Part shown: positions 12,977 through 26,179 of the stretch, piece after piece | Position numbering within the stretch: the first letter of the stretch is position 1 | Layout: every line of letters begins with the position of its first letter | From: Tubulanus polymorphus | Taxonomy: Eukaryota > Animalia > Nemertea | Length of the DNA stretch: 64,000 nt | Assembly: GCF_964204645.1 (NCBI RefSeq) | Contig: NC_134025.1 | Span: forward strand, 3,410,001 to 3,474,000 | Direction of reading: 5' to 3' | Notes under the pieces: model-generated | The model's input: only the letters and a program-made list of their open reading frames with translations | Told to the model about the DNA's origin: nothing | Databases searched by the model: none | Translations under genes and position numbers: made by a program

Positions 12977-14309
12977 TAAAGACAGTGTTTTCGCCTGGTG
13001 AAGTTTCATTTGTTTGACTTATTGAGAAATGGGCGCGGGTAAATAAAAAAAATCAATGGTCTATGTTTCTATGATAATACTGTTAAGTGACTTCCTTAGA
13101 TTGAAGCATTGAATTATTAGTGCTTCCCTGTACATTTGGTTTTGGGACTTCATATCGGATTGGCATTGTTACAAAATAGAGGCTATTTAGGTTGAACTCT
13201 GTGCGAATACAGAATGTAATTCGGTAACGCTTAGTTGATATGTATGTTAGAAATTAAAGATGTATTTGATGTGGTAGACACATTCTATCTTAACATCCAG
13301 AAATAAGTGTCCATATTAGAAAAAAAAATTTTGTTAAATTAAAATATAGATTGATGCTTTTTAGGTCCACTTCATGAATGTATTTGTGATATATTATAAG
13401 CTCAAAAATAGCTTCTATCACATCAGTGATAGAAGAAGCTCAAATGATATAAATGTTGATCCATATGATCACGTAAAAACACTACTGCATAATATCGGAG
13501 TTTTGGCAATGTTTTATGAGTAATTACTTCTCTGCGGATGACTTAATACCAAATTTTGTATTGTGAAAGAGGTTATCTGTACATCTGTTGTTTTGACTAC
13601 AGTCATCGTTAGTTTTGGGATGATAGAAATGTTATTTGACATGGTCATATTTTTTCAAAGTCGCGAAACAAAATTTGTGAAAAGATTTGGAGCATTTTGA
13701 TTTTTGGGTGCAATTCTTTCTGAGTAAAAACCCTTGCGGACCATTTATCCCATGTATGAAATACTATTTGAGTCGGAATAAACTATTACATACTTGGCCA
13801 TTAGATAAATGTCAGTTTGTTTTTTTATGCCGTCTAAAACTTTATCTTGCGGAATCGTATAGGTTAACTATAACGCTTTCCGGTACAGTTTTATGGTTAA
13901 CGCGATTGTGGAATTAACGTGTGATGAATAATATTTGGATTTGGATTTAAGACTCTGGTAAGCGAGTTTTCTTGTTTATAGATGGCGCCGGGCAATGTTT
14001 TGAAGTTCCAGCATTCACTGCGCGAGACACAACTTCCTGCATCTAGACATGTCACAACATGTACTTTAGCCTACTTGCCACTACGACATTAGTCTAGAGA
14101 TATCAATTTGTGGTAAGTTAACATCATTCCATCGATGTTAAATGATTATCTCACACTTGTTGATGTATACTCAACGGCTGCCACGTGCACGATGACGCCA
14201 GCAGTGAGTTACAAGTTGAAATTTTACGTGTGTGTGAAAGAAAGGAATGTTAATTAATGATCTCTTGCCCGAAGACTCTTTTGGTTAGCCGAACACGGTC
14301 ATCTCATAC

Positions 14310-14400
14310 CCAGTTCAACTCGTACCTGGTCAACTGAGTTCGGTCAACTCGTACCCTATCTTTGGTCAACTCGTACCCTATGCTAGCTAACTCGTACCTT
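14310..14400 (+). repeat. Short tandem GTCAACTCGTACC repeats (probable transposon subterminal array)
   Basis: Four to five copies of (GGT)CAACTCGTACC upstream of the Bak coding exons, probably within its 5' UTR intron. Confidence 0.6.
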
Positions 14401-15187
14401 TCCGCATTCGTTGCTTATAACTTTCAAACTGGACCTTTTAGTCAACCACAACAGCCCATCTAATCTGATCTGAATATAGGGGGTAGCCTTACCAATACCA
14501 CCAACCATTTAAGTAGACCTGCTGGCCTGGGCCAGTCACTGAGTCAGGACATATTAGTAGTGCTCTTCTGGTGCACTGTTCTTGGTCTTGGTCGGAGTTT
14601 GATGGATATTTGGGACGGATTAGAAAAATAAGGCACTGGACAATTCATAAATTTAAAATACCGAAAACTTAAGATAATTATTCTGCCATCCTTATTGATT
14701 CCACGACTACAGCTATTTCGAATTCAAAATTCTATGAATCGGCATCTGATTAGTATGAATACCAGTCCCTTGATACAGATAAATCATAATACTTTATTAT
14801 ACTTAAACATGTAATGTTGATGTGCACTTTCTACAATCTATGCTCCCAGTTACACAGTGATATACGTATTCCTCTTACCGTGCTAAAAGTGTTTTCCTGT
14901 GCCCATTTACAACTAACCTCGGTTAGCGCTAACAAGGTTTTCCTGCCCCGCCCCAGATGATTTCTAAAGCTACCCATAGAATAACGGCGGCTAGATTTGA
15001 AAATGATGTTCCATCTTTTCAAGGCTAGTTGTATATTTTGCTCAATTTATCCAAGATCCGTCTAAAACAAGATAATGAATAATTGTGTCGTATTTTGTTT
15101 GTTTTAGAAATAGTTTGTGATGCCAGAGTTCTATAATCAACGATCTGAATATAGTTTGTTGGTAAAATATCAGAAAAGTTAAAAGTA

Positions 15188-16803
15188 ATGGCAGCGAAGG
15201 AAGATGAAGGAGCTGGTGGAGACTCGGCCGAATTGTTGCCCGAAACACCGGGTAATCAAACGAGCACAATCGAACAAAACCTTCCTCCGGATACAGAAGA
15301 AAATGTCTCTCGACAAGCTGAAGATATTGTGCGTAATTTTATTTATGAACGTTATATACATGATCTGATTGATGCTGGCAATACTGGTGATACAGAGGGA
15401 TATGGCGAACAAACACCAGCCATGCCTGAATTAACGAATTTCACTTCTGATCCTCTCGGGTAAGCGTTTTAGATCATTTTCTGGCACAAGTCAGAATATT
15501 GCAATATGCTATGTGGCACTATTTTGATTTATTTCTGATTTAGGTCCATTATTTATTTTGATACAGTTAACACAACTGGATGTGTACTACTATGATTGAG
15601 ATATATGATGCCTTTAGTAATTGATCTAAACATTTCTCTAAAATTCAACGCCCCTTTTTGCAGGAAAAGTTTCTTTTTGTGTTAATGCTTTGGTTGGAAG
15701 TCAGCCCCGGAGCCATCCCTATTATGTTTTCAGATCTGCTTCGAGAGTCGGTCGACAATTGGCGATGATAGGCGATGATATAAACTCACGGTATGCCGAT
15801 CAGTTTTCTGGAATGGTTAAGATGTTAGATTTAACTCCGAACACAGCTTACGACGCATTCGCGGGAATTGCTAGAAGGTAGAAAACATAATGATTATAAT
15901 AGTTTGTTACAGAAAAATTGTACCACTACATCTATGGGAATTCAAAATGTAACTGACTTCATTATGAATATCATAATGATTATGATATTTTCCTTTCTCC
16001 GATGATGAAGTTTAGTCAAAACTTCCAAACTGTCAGAATAAACTGTTGTATCATCAACTGTGGGTTCATTAACATTACAGTCTACTTTCTGCTCTTTGAA
16101 TGGGCAGCTGCCAACGCCTACTGTGGCAATTGAACATTTCATTTCAGTTACCGAAGGCAAGCGAGGATGTGCCAGGTTCACTTGTAGTTGCTCTGTCTTC
16201 TGTGTTCAATTTCCTCTACATTTCAATTGCAATGGACTTAGAATGGAAGGGAATAAATCTAAACATTCTAAATAATGTATTTGATTGTGGCTTGATTATC
16301 TAATCGATCCTTTCTTTCTGCTTTTTAAAGGTTATTCGAAGACGGTGTGATTAACTGGGGTCGAGTGATCACGCTGTTGTGTTTTGGTTATCGAATGGCT
16401 AGACAAGTCCTTATCAGCGGCATGAAAACATTTTTCAGGAAGATTGTCGAATTTCTCGTGAAATTCATTGTACGAGAAAAAATCGCCAAGTGGATCGCCG
16501 AACAAGGAGGCTGGGTACGTTTTAAAACGTTTGAAAGGAATCATAATTGAAAATGGATTTGTCTAATTTTGCACGCCTTTTTTCCATGCACATTCTTTTC
16601 CTTCTCATTCTTCAATGCGAATGCGCGTGCTCCATAGAAACTCCGGTGCTAGAGGATCTATATGAATGAATGAATATTTCTATTCATTTCAGGTGGCAGC
16701 ACTCAGATATGTTCCAGAATCCGTTGGCTGGCCAACGATTGCCATGATCAGTGTTTTTGCTGCATTGTCAATTACAATGGCCTATTGGATCTCAAAACGA
16801 TGA
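15188..16803 (+). CDS. BAK1: Bcl-2 homologous antagonist/killer (Bak). Exons 15188-15459, 15734-15877, 16331-16514, 16693-16803
   Basis: BH3 VGRQLAMIGDDINSRY, BH1 LFEDGVINWGRVITLLCFGY, BH2 WIAEQGGWVAAL and a C-terminal TM anchor (WPTIAMISVFAALSITMAYWISKR*); phase-consistent GT-AG introns. Confidence 0.93.
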
Positions 16804-19800
16804 ATATACCTTTAGATAGTTGGATTTATACGTGACTAATAACACACTCAATATCATCGAACTCGGTTGAACTAAGTTTTTTATGTGTGTTTGGATGACA
16901 ATCCAAAAAAGCCCACCACTTGATGATCACACATAGACAATACTGTCCTTTAGATTATAGTACCAGTATAAAAGAATCATGTCACCTTGGATTTAAGTGT
17001 AATGCAGTAGCCTAATGCTTGAATGAAGTTGGATTGAATTGAACAATGGATGGTATTGATCTATTTAAGTGACTTTTTATGTGTGGTATGTCTATTTAGT
17101 TTGTACTGATCTGAATCCCCTTTTTTGACGATGTCATAATACATAATAGATCATATATAGCTGTGAGTGGCTAGAAGTACCAACCATCCATAGAATGAGG
17201 AGTCTAACAGAAATACAGAACCTACCCCTGGTTCCATTGTCCAGCCCTTAATCTCTTGATCCATATATTTGTAATAATTTATCTTTTGAAAATACATTGT
17301 AGACTTTTTGATATGAAGAGATATACTGATTTTATGACTTCATTGATAGAACAAAGGTAGAAATGGCTGCTCTGTCCTATCTATTTTGCACACAAGCAGA
17401 TAATTCATTCATAGTCTATCTTCCAATGATTTCTTCACTTTGAATTTTATTACTAGATCCTGTCTCAACAGTAGTTGATGATCATAGCGATTATTTATGT
17501 TCTAGAAAACATATCTTTTTGTATGTATACATGATTAGTTGATGCTCCCTTAAAACCTCATAAGCAACTGAGTTTAATCCTAAGCAAAATTGCATGCTGT
17601 CATGCGTGTGTATACAGATGTACCTGGAACCCTAATGATGTCTCTTGTTCATTGCACCGGTTGTATGTTTTGCTATAGGTGCGTTCATTACTGTCAACTC
17701 ATATCAGGAATACAAGTTTTAGAGTAACGAATGAAGTAGGCAGCAAATGTAATGTAGCTTCAAGTCATCTATGCACAAATACTTCAATCCTAGCAACAAA
17801 ATGAGGGACCAATACTCCACCTAATAAACTAGTGCCATAGGTAACTGCTGAAAGGATAGATAAAGCCAGAATTCGATATAGTTGTCCGTCATCTGATGAC
17901 ACAAAAATAACTGATACTTCTCCATCTAATGGGACCAATCAATGTCGTGGCAAGATGAACTTAAAAAGGAACTAACAAATTGTATTTATTTAGACGATTC
18001 TTGCAGTTTAATTTGTTGAATAAATAACCCTTGCTTCCTACGTCCAGCTAATTACAATTTTATAGCTCATTTTCTGCCTTAATATGTACTCCATTGGTTC
18101 CGTGCTTACTGGTATTTACCAGGCAGTATCGCTAGCTTTAATCTGATTAAACTACCAATCTTTACTAATCTCTCGTATAAGCAAGAAAGGTGATTGTGAA
18201 TTTAGTCAAAGATATTTTATTTGAGCTATGAATTAATGAGTGATGTTATTTATCAGATTTTCTGTTGTGTATAATGTTTCCCGATCTGTCTGAATTATCT
18301 AAAGCGTAGAAAGTAAGATTCTTTTTCATCCAAGATGAACACTTATTGTTTGAGTGCATAATATATGTATACACAACACTGCATTTCCTAAAGTGTTTGA
18401 TAATTAGTATTGATCACAAATAACAATACTTAAGACATGGCATGTTGATGTGTCGTGTTCCATTTCAGCTATGATTAGTAGCATTTATGTACATAAATCA
18501 TGTAAATATATTCTATTTGATGTGAACTATTTATCTATGCTTTGTGTTGTAGAAAAGTGATGAAAATGTAGATGAGGAGTGGACACCAGTTTTTGATTGT
18601 TCTTAAAACCGAATATCTAGTTGTATCTGGGTCAGCCATATATTTTACAAAATTTACCTTTAATGTAAAATTATAGAGAATTGTATTAAATTGATGGTGT
18701 CATTGTGTTCGGATGATGCTCTTGACTGTTGGAAAAAGGATTTGATCATATGATCAGAATATGTTCACTGTTTCATGTATAACCAATGAACTGAAGTTTT
18801 ATTTGGCACGTTCACAATCCATATTCACAGAACTTCTATGGTTGCTCCTTTAATGTATGTGTATAGCATGTTTTCAATATCAATGTTGTGAAAATATTGA
18901 GATATATTTATTCTGATACGAAATTAATATAGGTCTTGTTTGGCAAGTTTTGTTTATGTTGATGGAATCATTCTGGTTCCTCACTTGTTTCGTCCAGAAA
19001 AGTTTAAATCATTAAATTGAGCATACATATATGTTAAGTTTCTATAATCGTAATGAATTACATGTAGTGCCGGTATTTATTTGTTTTGTTTACATCTGAT
19101 CCTAGTGATTTCTTCTGCGAAAAATTTTTAAAGACAATTCCACTTTATCGATTACGCATTTATATAAGTTGAATTGTTTTGACATAAATCTATGATAGGA
19201 AAACTTTTGTGTAAATACACAAGACATAACTAATTCAGGTTCTTTCACTTTCAAACACTTTGATAGAAATCGTAAGTTATCTATACACATGAACCACATG
19301 TATTAATTTAAATTACCATCAATGTACCAAAACCATGTAAGTGCTACATTGTTAATTTATTTAATTTGATTCATGATTTTATCAAATTTCCAGTGTTAAT
19401 GATTGTGAATATAAATGAAATGTTTTTTAAGAAAAAGAGATTATTGAAAATAATTTCATAAGCCTGCATTTTGTATATTTTGAAACCTGCTAATAAATGA
19501 CTTCTCAATTTAATCCTTCTCATTTCTCTGCTTTAGGCCAAATTATCTGAGGTGCTCTTGCTTGGGTTGGTTTGAGTAATCAACTTTCATGATCCTCTGA
19601 AGTTTCCACTGAATTGAACTGCATACCTCAAACATATATGATTTTTCTTGCAATAACGGAAAAACATTAAGATTTTAACAGTATTTCAGTTACAATAGAC
19701 CTTTATTTGGAACAATAAATAAATATTAATTTTTGCAGGACGGCAGATGGTATCACAGACAACGAATTAATTCATTAAAAAAATGTTCTAACATAATGCG

Positions 19801-20451
19801 TGCTTATTATAAATGTATATCTCTGACTTTACATATTTAGCCTGTATTTGATATTATATGGAAAGGCACTAATATAAATAAGCCGATAAGCATAAAATAA
19901 TGGCATGACTGCACAGATGTAGGCAATAAATTAGTCAACGTCCTCAACATCCTCGCTTGCCAGCGGTCGGGTATCGCTCCCGAACTCGCTTCCACCAGCG
20001 GGGAACAGCTTTAGTGTAGTGGGTTCGAATCCCTTGACGAGTGAAGATGTCCAATAAACCGCCTACTGATAAAACACCACCCTTACCTATAATGCCAGAT
20101 TTCTGATCTGAGAACAGAAAATCGAAAAATCTGTATTTTATCTTTAATGGAAATTATTAGTCAAAATTATACCCCAATACTCTCTAAACTGGTGTATATC
20201 AAGGGTTGACTGAATATCAAAACAAAAGTTGTAAATTGCATGTATACTGTCAAATAATGTACAAGTATGCATGAACTTATTGAGGCACGATTTCGTACTG
20301 TTCATGTAGCATTTGTTGAAAATGTCAAATTTCATGCGTACGTAATAAATGAATGATCCCTTGGTTTGACGCTGTCTTACCAAACTTTCTAATTATTCTA
20401 ACAAGCTACGCATCGCGTTGACCTAACCAATTTTCAAAGCTAACTAAACTT

Positions 20452-23400
20452 CTAAGGTAATACTTCAGATCTCCAAATGCCATTCTGCATTTCAGAGACA
20501 GTGTGTTTATAAATCTTCTCTCTTTGACACTCTCTCTCTATTTGACGGAAGTGATGAATACGTTGAGCTTTAGCCCGACGTTTACCTTGTTCAACTTGAT
20601 GTTCTCTAGCAATTTCTTGTTCTAAATGGTTTCGTACGTTGGCCCACTTGCCCTGTTGATGTTCTAGGTATTGTTGCTGCAAGAAAATATGACAACCATC
20701 AGTAACGTAGACAAATAAAGAATACAGGTAATTATTTAACTTCCAAATTGAACATACTTTTTTACTTTCCAAATCGTTATGTATTTGTCTATTACGTTGT
20801 TCTCGTATAGCAGCGCGTCTTTCTTTAGCCAGTCTGGCGGCAGATTCACGTGATTCAAGTCTGGCCCGTTCCCACTGCTGATTTTCTTCAATACGTTGGC
20901 GTATCTGTTCATTGATTTGTTTCTTCCCTTCTCTTGCTCTTAATATTGCGTTGTATTCATTAGTCTCTCGTTGTTTCTCTCGATTGATTTGTTCTAATAT
21001 TCGCTCCCTATGAAAGTCTCTAATCATTGCTTTCAGTTTGTCATCGTCATTTATCTTGTTCTGATGATTTTCAATTCGTTTTTGAACCTGTTGTCGCCTG
21101 TATTGTAAACATGCACTATCATATCATGAATGAAACCTAACAACGGATGTTTAACGGATGTCATAAGAAATATGTTAAGTTACCTATATTCCCTTCGAGC
21201 AGCCTCTAAACGATCTATATTGTCCTGATGACAACCTTGTGAAGTGAAGTCTTTTCCAGGTGGTTGTGGTTGAGAATCTTTTTGAGTTGTAGGGGGTCTA
21301 GGTACATTACTCATGAGACGGTACATGATATCGGGATCACATTTACCCCGAGAGTTGTAAGCTGCTGCCTGATTAAATGTTGAATCCTTCCATTCAACTG
21401 CAATGAGAAGATATTCATAAGTTATTCAAGGAACTTCAAACAATTTGGAATTAAGTCGTTGTAATTACCTCCATATGGACCAGTCGGGGGTTTTCTCAGT
21501 TCAATATAGTTAGGACCTGAAGAATCCTTATACGGTTCATGATAAGGAGGAGCTCTTAGATGAGTTTGAGTTGTGTAGTCTGGCCAGTAATTTTTCCACG
21601 GCGGACGCTTCGTGGGCGATTTCTTCTTAGGTCGTTGAAGAGTTTCAGTTTGAGTTGTAGCATCCTCAAAGCAAAAATCATTGATATCGAAGTCATCTTC
21701 CTCAACACCGCTATCAACTTTTGAATCTTGAGTTACTTCGAGGTCTTCTTTTGCCGGCTCTGCTTTAATGACATTACTCTCTTCTTGCTCGCGTTTTTTC
21801 AATAGCTTACTCGTACCATCTGCAATTTCTTCCAGTCGTAACTGATGTTCTGCTAATTGTGACAAGATTTTCTCATTCAAATCTGACTGCGTCAATTCAG
21901 TACCCGGTATCAGATTGTCCATATCTTCACTTTTAACAGTATTGGTTACATTAACTGTTTTTGGAGTTGATGATGGAGTATATTTCCGCATTATCGGATA
22001 CAAAGGAGAATATCGGGGAAATCCTAAAGCTCCATGACTCACCATAACTTCACCCTGGTCATAGAATATTGGTTTAGTGAATGTATAATTGACTGGATCC
22101 CGCATAGATCCTGAAGTTGGATAACCAGGTTTACTTTCCTCTGGGTAATTGACAGTTTTTTCCAAGTATTTCCGAGCTTCTTTCGGCATTTTAAGTTCTA
22201 GAGCCAAACGTTCATACATTTGATGTGGAATCCATAAACCTGTCCCAAGGGGTACCTTCTCAGTTTTACCATTGAAGAAAGTCACAGTTATTTCTTGGTC
22301 TGTTCCGGCTGCAAATAAATGATAGTCACCTGATTAGGATGAAGATCAACAGAACATTGAATGTTTTCAAATAGATCTAGATTTAGGAGTTTATACTCAC
22401 TCTCAGCATCTCTACGCTCCATCCCTTCTATGACAATTCCTGGCAAGTACTGCTCTCCTTCTGGCTGCCATATAGCTAAAACCTTATCACCAGGAACAAT
22501 AGCATGTCGCAGAGCATCGGCTAACGATATTATATCATATACCATGGTCTCTTGATATTCCGTATCTATGAAATCACCATGCTTGCACGGTCCAAATTCG
22601 ACCAGAAATTGGTCATTGTGTATCTAAAAAATCGAAAAGAAAATTTATGAAAACTGTATTCATTTTGACAGAACTTCAGTTGCTCAGCCTTAAGGCAGAC
22701 AAAGGTCGGTCTATACGACTGCTTGTGACTCAATGGGAGGCGATTCTCTGCAATTGCCAGCGATGATTGCATTGCACATGTTCTGCAATGCAAACATCTC
22801 TCCCTTTCACTGACAATCCACACCATCGCTGATGCAGTTGACCACTACGCCCATTTTGACCAGTTGCAACCGACCTATGCCTGCCTCTAGTCAATCTCTT
22901 AATGCTGCTACCTGGCTTTTAACCGATCCTTTATAATAGTAACCATCTTTCTGTCGTCTAGCCAACACTTGTTTATTTATGAGTAACGCTCCTGCAGCTG
23001 GAGATAACCCCATATCTCCCGTCTCAGTTTGTAATTTTTCCTGATTCTTCATCCAAGCTCTAGCGGGTCGATATCGAGACCACGCATAGTACGGGTGATA
23101 ATAATAATAATGGTACGGGAAATAGTATGGAATCGGTAAACACGTCACGTCATCGATGTGTACCCGAGGATACGGCAAATAATCCATCAGAGGATCACCG
23201 GCTAATGTTGAAGAAACGCTACACGCTTTAGTATCGGGGAATATAGCGCCGCGAGATGTCCGTATGATTTTCGAATTCGAATGATCTGAGCGAAATATCG
23301 GACTAACGCGTTCGATGCATCCGTGGGTCGTAACGGAAACTACGTGAAATGATCCGTACGTTTCGCTGGCTAGATCCTGTAGGAATTTAGTCGCGGCCGG

Positions 23401-23889
23401 ATCCGACGTTCGACCGCTTACGTAATAACAGTGAACGGGACGCCCTTCCCAAACGTAATTCACGTGGTCGAGAATATCATCGGCGTGTTGATCGGGCATT
23501 CCATCTGTAACCAGATAAACAGATTCGCAATCTTCATCTTCAAAAGCTGTTAAAAGAGCGTCCAGCGTATTGGTTCCTGTTTTCGGTGCGACGTTCTTTA
23601 ACCAATCTGCAGCCACAGCGACGGTTTGTGGATTACACTTCACCAGTTTATCAGCCCACTGCGTAACTTCTGAACTAAATTCAACGATATTAAACATACA
23701 TTGTTTTCGTTCAGTTGCCAGATCAAGTAAAGTTTCAATTAGATGTTCCTTCACGCTGGCTAGTTTATTATACATGCTACCCGATGTATCTATCACGAAG
23801 ACCACATTGTTTTCTTTTATTTTGCCAAACATTGTTGGAAATCCTTTGGCAACCAAATTTTGTAACTGAACTTCGTCTTGGTTCTCCAT
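20452..23889 (-). CDS. vWA-domain protein (VWA3-like) with a DUF4537/C11orf16-like region and C-terminal coiled coil. Exons ~23889-22913, 22623-22401, 22308-21469, 21397-21184, 21097-20758, 20676-20452
   Basis: MIDAS-type VVFVIDTSGSM, TNTLDAL and YLVTDGMP motifs; VLARRQKDGYYYKGSV and PGDKVLAIWQPEGEQYLPGIV resemble DUF4537; R/E/Q-rich coiled-coil tail; splice junctions keep frame. Confidence 0.8.
22693..22886. mobile_element. Intronic MITE (Harbinger-like)
   Basis: TIRs AGGCAGACAAAGGTCGGT / ACCGACCTATGCCTGCCT; flanks TTA and CTA. Confidence 0.65.
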
Positions 23890-24496
23890 TTTTCCTGAAA
23901 TGTGAAAATTTTACCACTGTAGCAAGATACATTCAAACGCAATACATACATATGCAATCAACCAAATAAATTTTGTAATAACACTTTCTAACAATGATCT
24001 ACAAATTAATTTGAAAAAACTGTATCAATATAGTAAAAGTTTAATTGAATTGACAAGTAAAACTGTACTTAATTTTGAAGTTTCACGTAGTTAAGAAATA
24101 AAAAAACCTTATGACATCAGTTTCTTCCTCACCTATCAATGTATTCTATTATCACAGCAAAAGATTTATTGCAATAGGAACGAGCTGAGAACGCGTTTAA
24201 AGATGTTTTCTCAGAGATTCGGTTCTAAATTTGACAGATTGACATACATTGTGGACATTGACAACCAGTTGCCACAACAAAAATATAAATTCAAATATTC
24301 GGCTACCAATAATCAAATATATCATATGATCATTAATTTCTAATTTTTTTGACGTAACAAAAATAAGAGTCGGCCTATAGGGGCCTGAGTAAATTAGAGT
24401 TTATTTGTACTATATTAGTTGACTTCGTTGATGACAGGGGGCGCCAGTAGACTGTTGACTTCAGTTCCGCCGTAAAGTCAAAGTTACTCTGGTAAA

Positions 24497-25281
24497 ATGT
24501 CGAATATTACGCGACTTTTTCAGTCGCTGAGGTGTGCAAGACAACTGACGGCACCAAGAACCAAGATAAATACGTTACTATTACGAAATGGTAGCAGCTC
24601 GACAGCGTATGTTCTCTTGAGAGATTTTTGTGAAATATTTCGTATTAATTATAGTCTGAGTTTGTTCCGTTGAGAATTACTCTTGTGTGTTAAATGTATT
24701 AAACTACTCTTAATCACATGACAATAACCGAATAGAATGGTGTGAAGTACAAATATTGATATTTTATTATATCAGTTTAGGTGTTTATACCACATGCTTG
24801 ACACATTGTTTAGAATTGGCACCTTACCTTCCTGGGGCGTGCTCAAAATCTTTTTGTTTGTGTTACTGTTAGGGCAAGCCCCTGTGGTTGTTAAAACCAG
24901 TGTCATCACTGATTTTTACCACGAAAATTGCGACGTGTCAAACTCTTTGAATTAATATAAATTTTGCTTTCATGATAATCATACTGGGTTATTGATTTCA
25001 GATGGACGTACCGTAAACTGAGCCGAACAACCAATAAGAAACATTTGCTATTATGCGATCTGATGGGAGGGTTAATGTGGTGGTGGATTCTCTGGCATTT
25101 TTGGACCGAACCAGAACATATATATGTAAGTAGTATGTGAGATATAAAACTAGAGAATACTCTCCATGTTAACCAACATTTATAAATACTTTTTATTTTC
25201 ATAAAGGGCCATTATGAATATCCAGATACATCTAAATGGACTGATGCAGAACTGGGAATACCTCCAGATGATGAAGATTAG
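24497..25281 (+). CDS. NDUFB2: NADH dehydrogenase 1 beta subcomplex subunit 2 (AGGG). Exons 24497-24606, 25002-25125, 25207-25281
   Basis: Not in the ORF track. Spliced translation gives a basic mitochondrial presequence (MSNITRLFQSLRCAR..) followed by WTYR..[44 protein letters not shown], the hallmark NDUFB2 C-terminus. Confidence 0.93.
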
Positions 25282-26179
25282 AAATTTTATTTTGTGTTTT
25301 CCTTATAAAAAAGCTGTAGTTGATTGATTTACTATTGATTTAGTGTATAGTATAGACAACAGGAATTAAATGTTTGATATAAATTAATATATTACGAATT
25401 TATTGTTGTTGTCGGTTCTCGTTTAGGAGTGGAAAATATTCATGCAAAACTACTCATAGTGGAATATTCAATATTTTGATGGTTTGAAAATCGTTGAGAA
25501 TTTGCTCTAAAACTGTTTCTGTGGCATGTGGAGTCATCACTCAAGAGTTCTATTAAAAACGGCTTGAAAATCGTTTTTAAAAAGTAGATTCCCTTAAAAT
25601 AAAGCTTTAACGTTGATTGAATTGTTAATTGAAAACGGACTAGTGTCGAGTAATGAATGAAATTTGGCCGAAAATATCTGTATTCCTCACATGCCACAGT
25701 AAAATAGCGAGGCCCAGTTAGATCTCAGCCGTTCAGTGCTGCCCCTATTAATAACGTAAGCGGAATTTCTGTGAACTAAAATATCACTGGATTTCCTGCC
25801 GGGGCGCGCCTATTGCTGATAAACGATGGTACCATGAACCCGCCCTTTTAGGTTTTGGTGCAGTTCGAATGCCCTGAGGGTTTCGCCTCGGCTTCAAGTT
25901 AATTCTTCTATCGAGTACTATTATAACTGGAAAAAAGAAAAGTTGAAGTTTACTAGAATTCATAGTGGCCCTGCTGGCGGGTCCGCTTCTCTGAAGCCAC
26001 CAAGTAATTTTCATGCGGAAACTTGTTTTTTTTTCATTTTCAAAAATCGCCTCTAAATCTTGCCCACAGTACTAGAGAGTATATGACAGTTCGCAAAAAA
26101 ATCCGCTATCGGGTCCAAGCAGTCGCTCATTCGAACCCGGTGGCCGTGGACGTCGCTGATCTGATTCTGAGTGTTCTGA

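Noticed and set aside
14310-14400. Repeats with short variable spacers, CRISPR-like at a glance
   Set aside because: Eukaryotic context, 13-bp units with ~10-nt spacers and no cas genes; more consistent with TE subterminal repeats.
16804-19500. Long ORF-free region after Bak
   Set aside because: Consistent with a long 3' UTR (AATAAA at ~19492); no SECIS or other defined structure recognised.
25440-26040. Inverted CTGTGGCATGTG/CACATGCCACAG and CATAGTG motifs suggesting a Transib-like element
   Set aside because: No matched termini or TSD could be defined; probably old TE debris.
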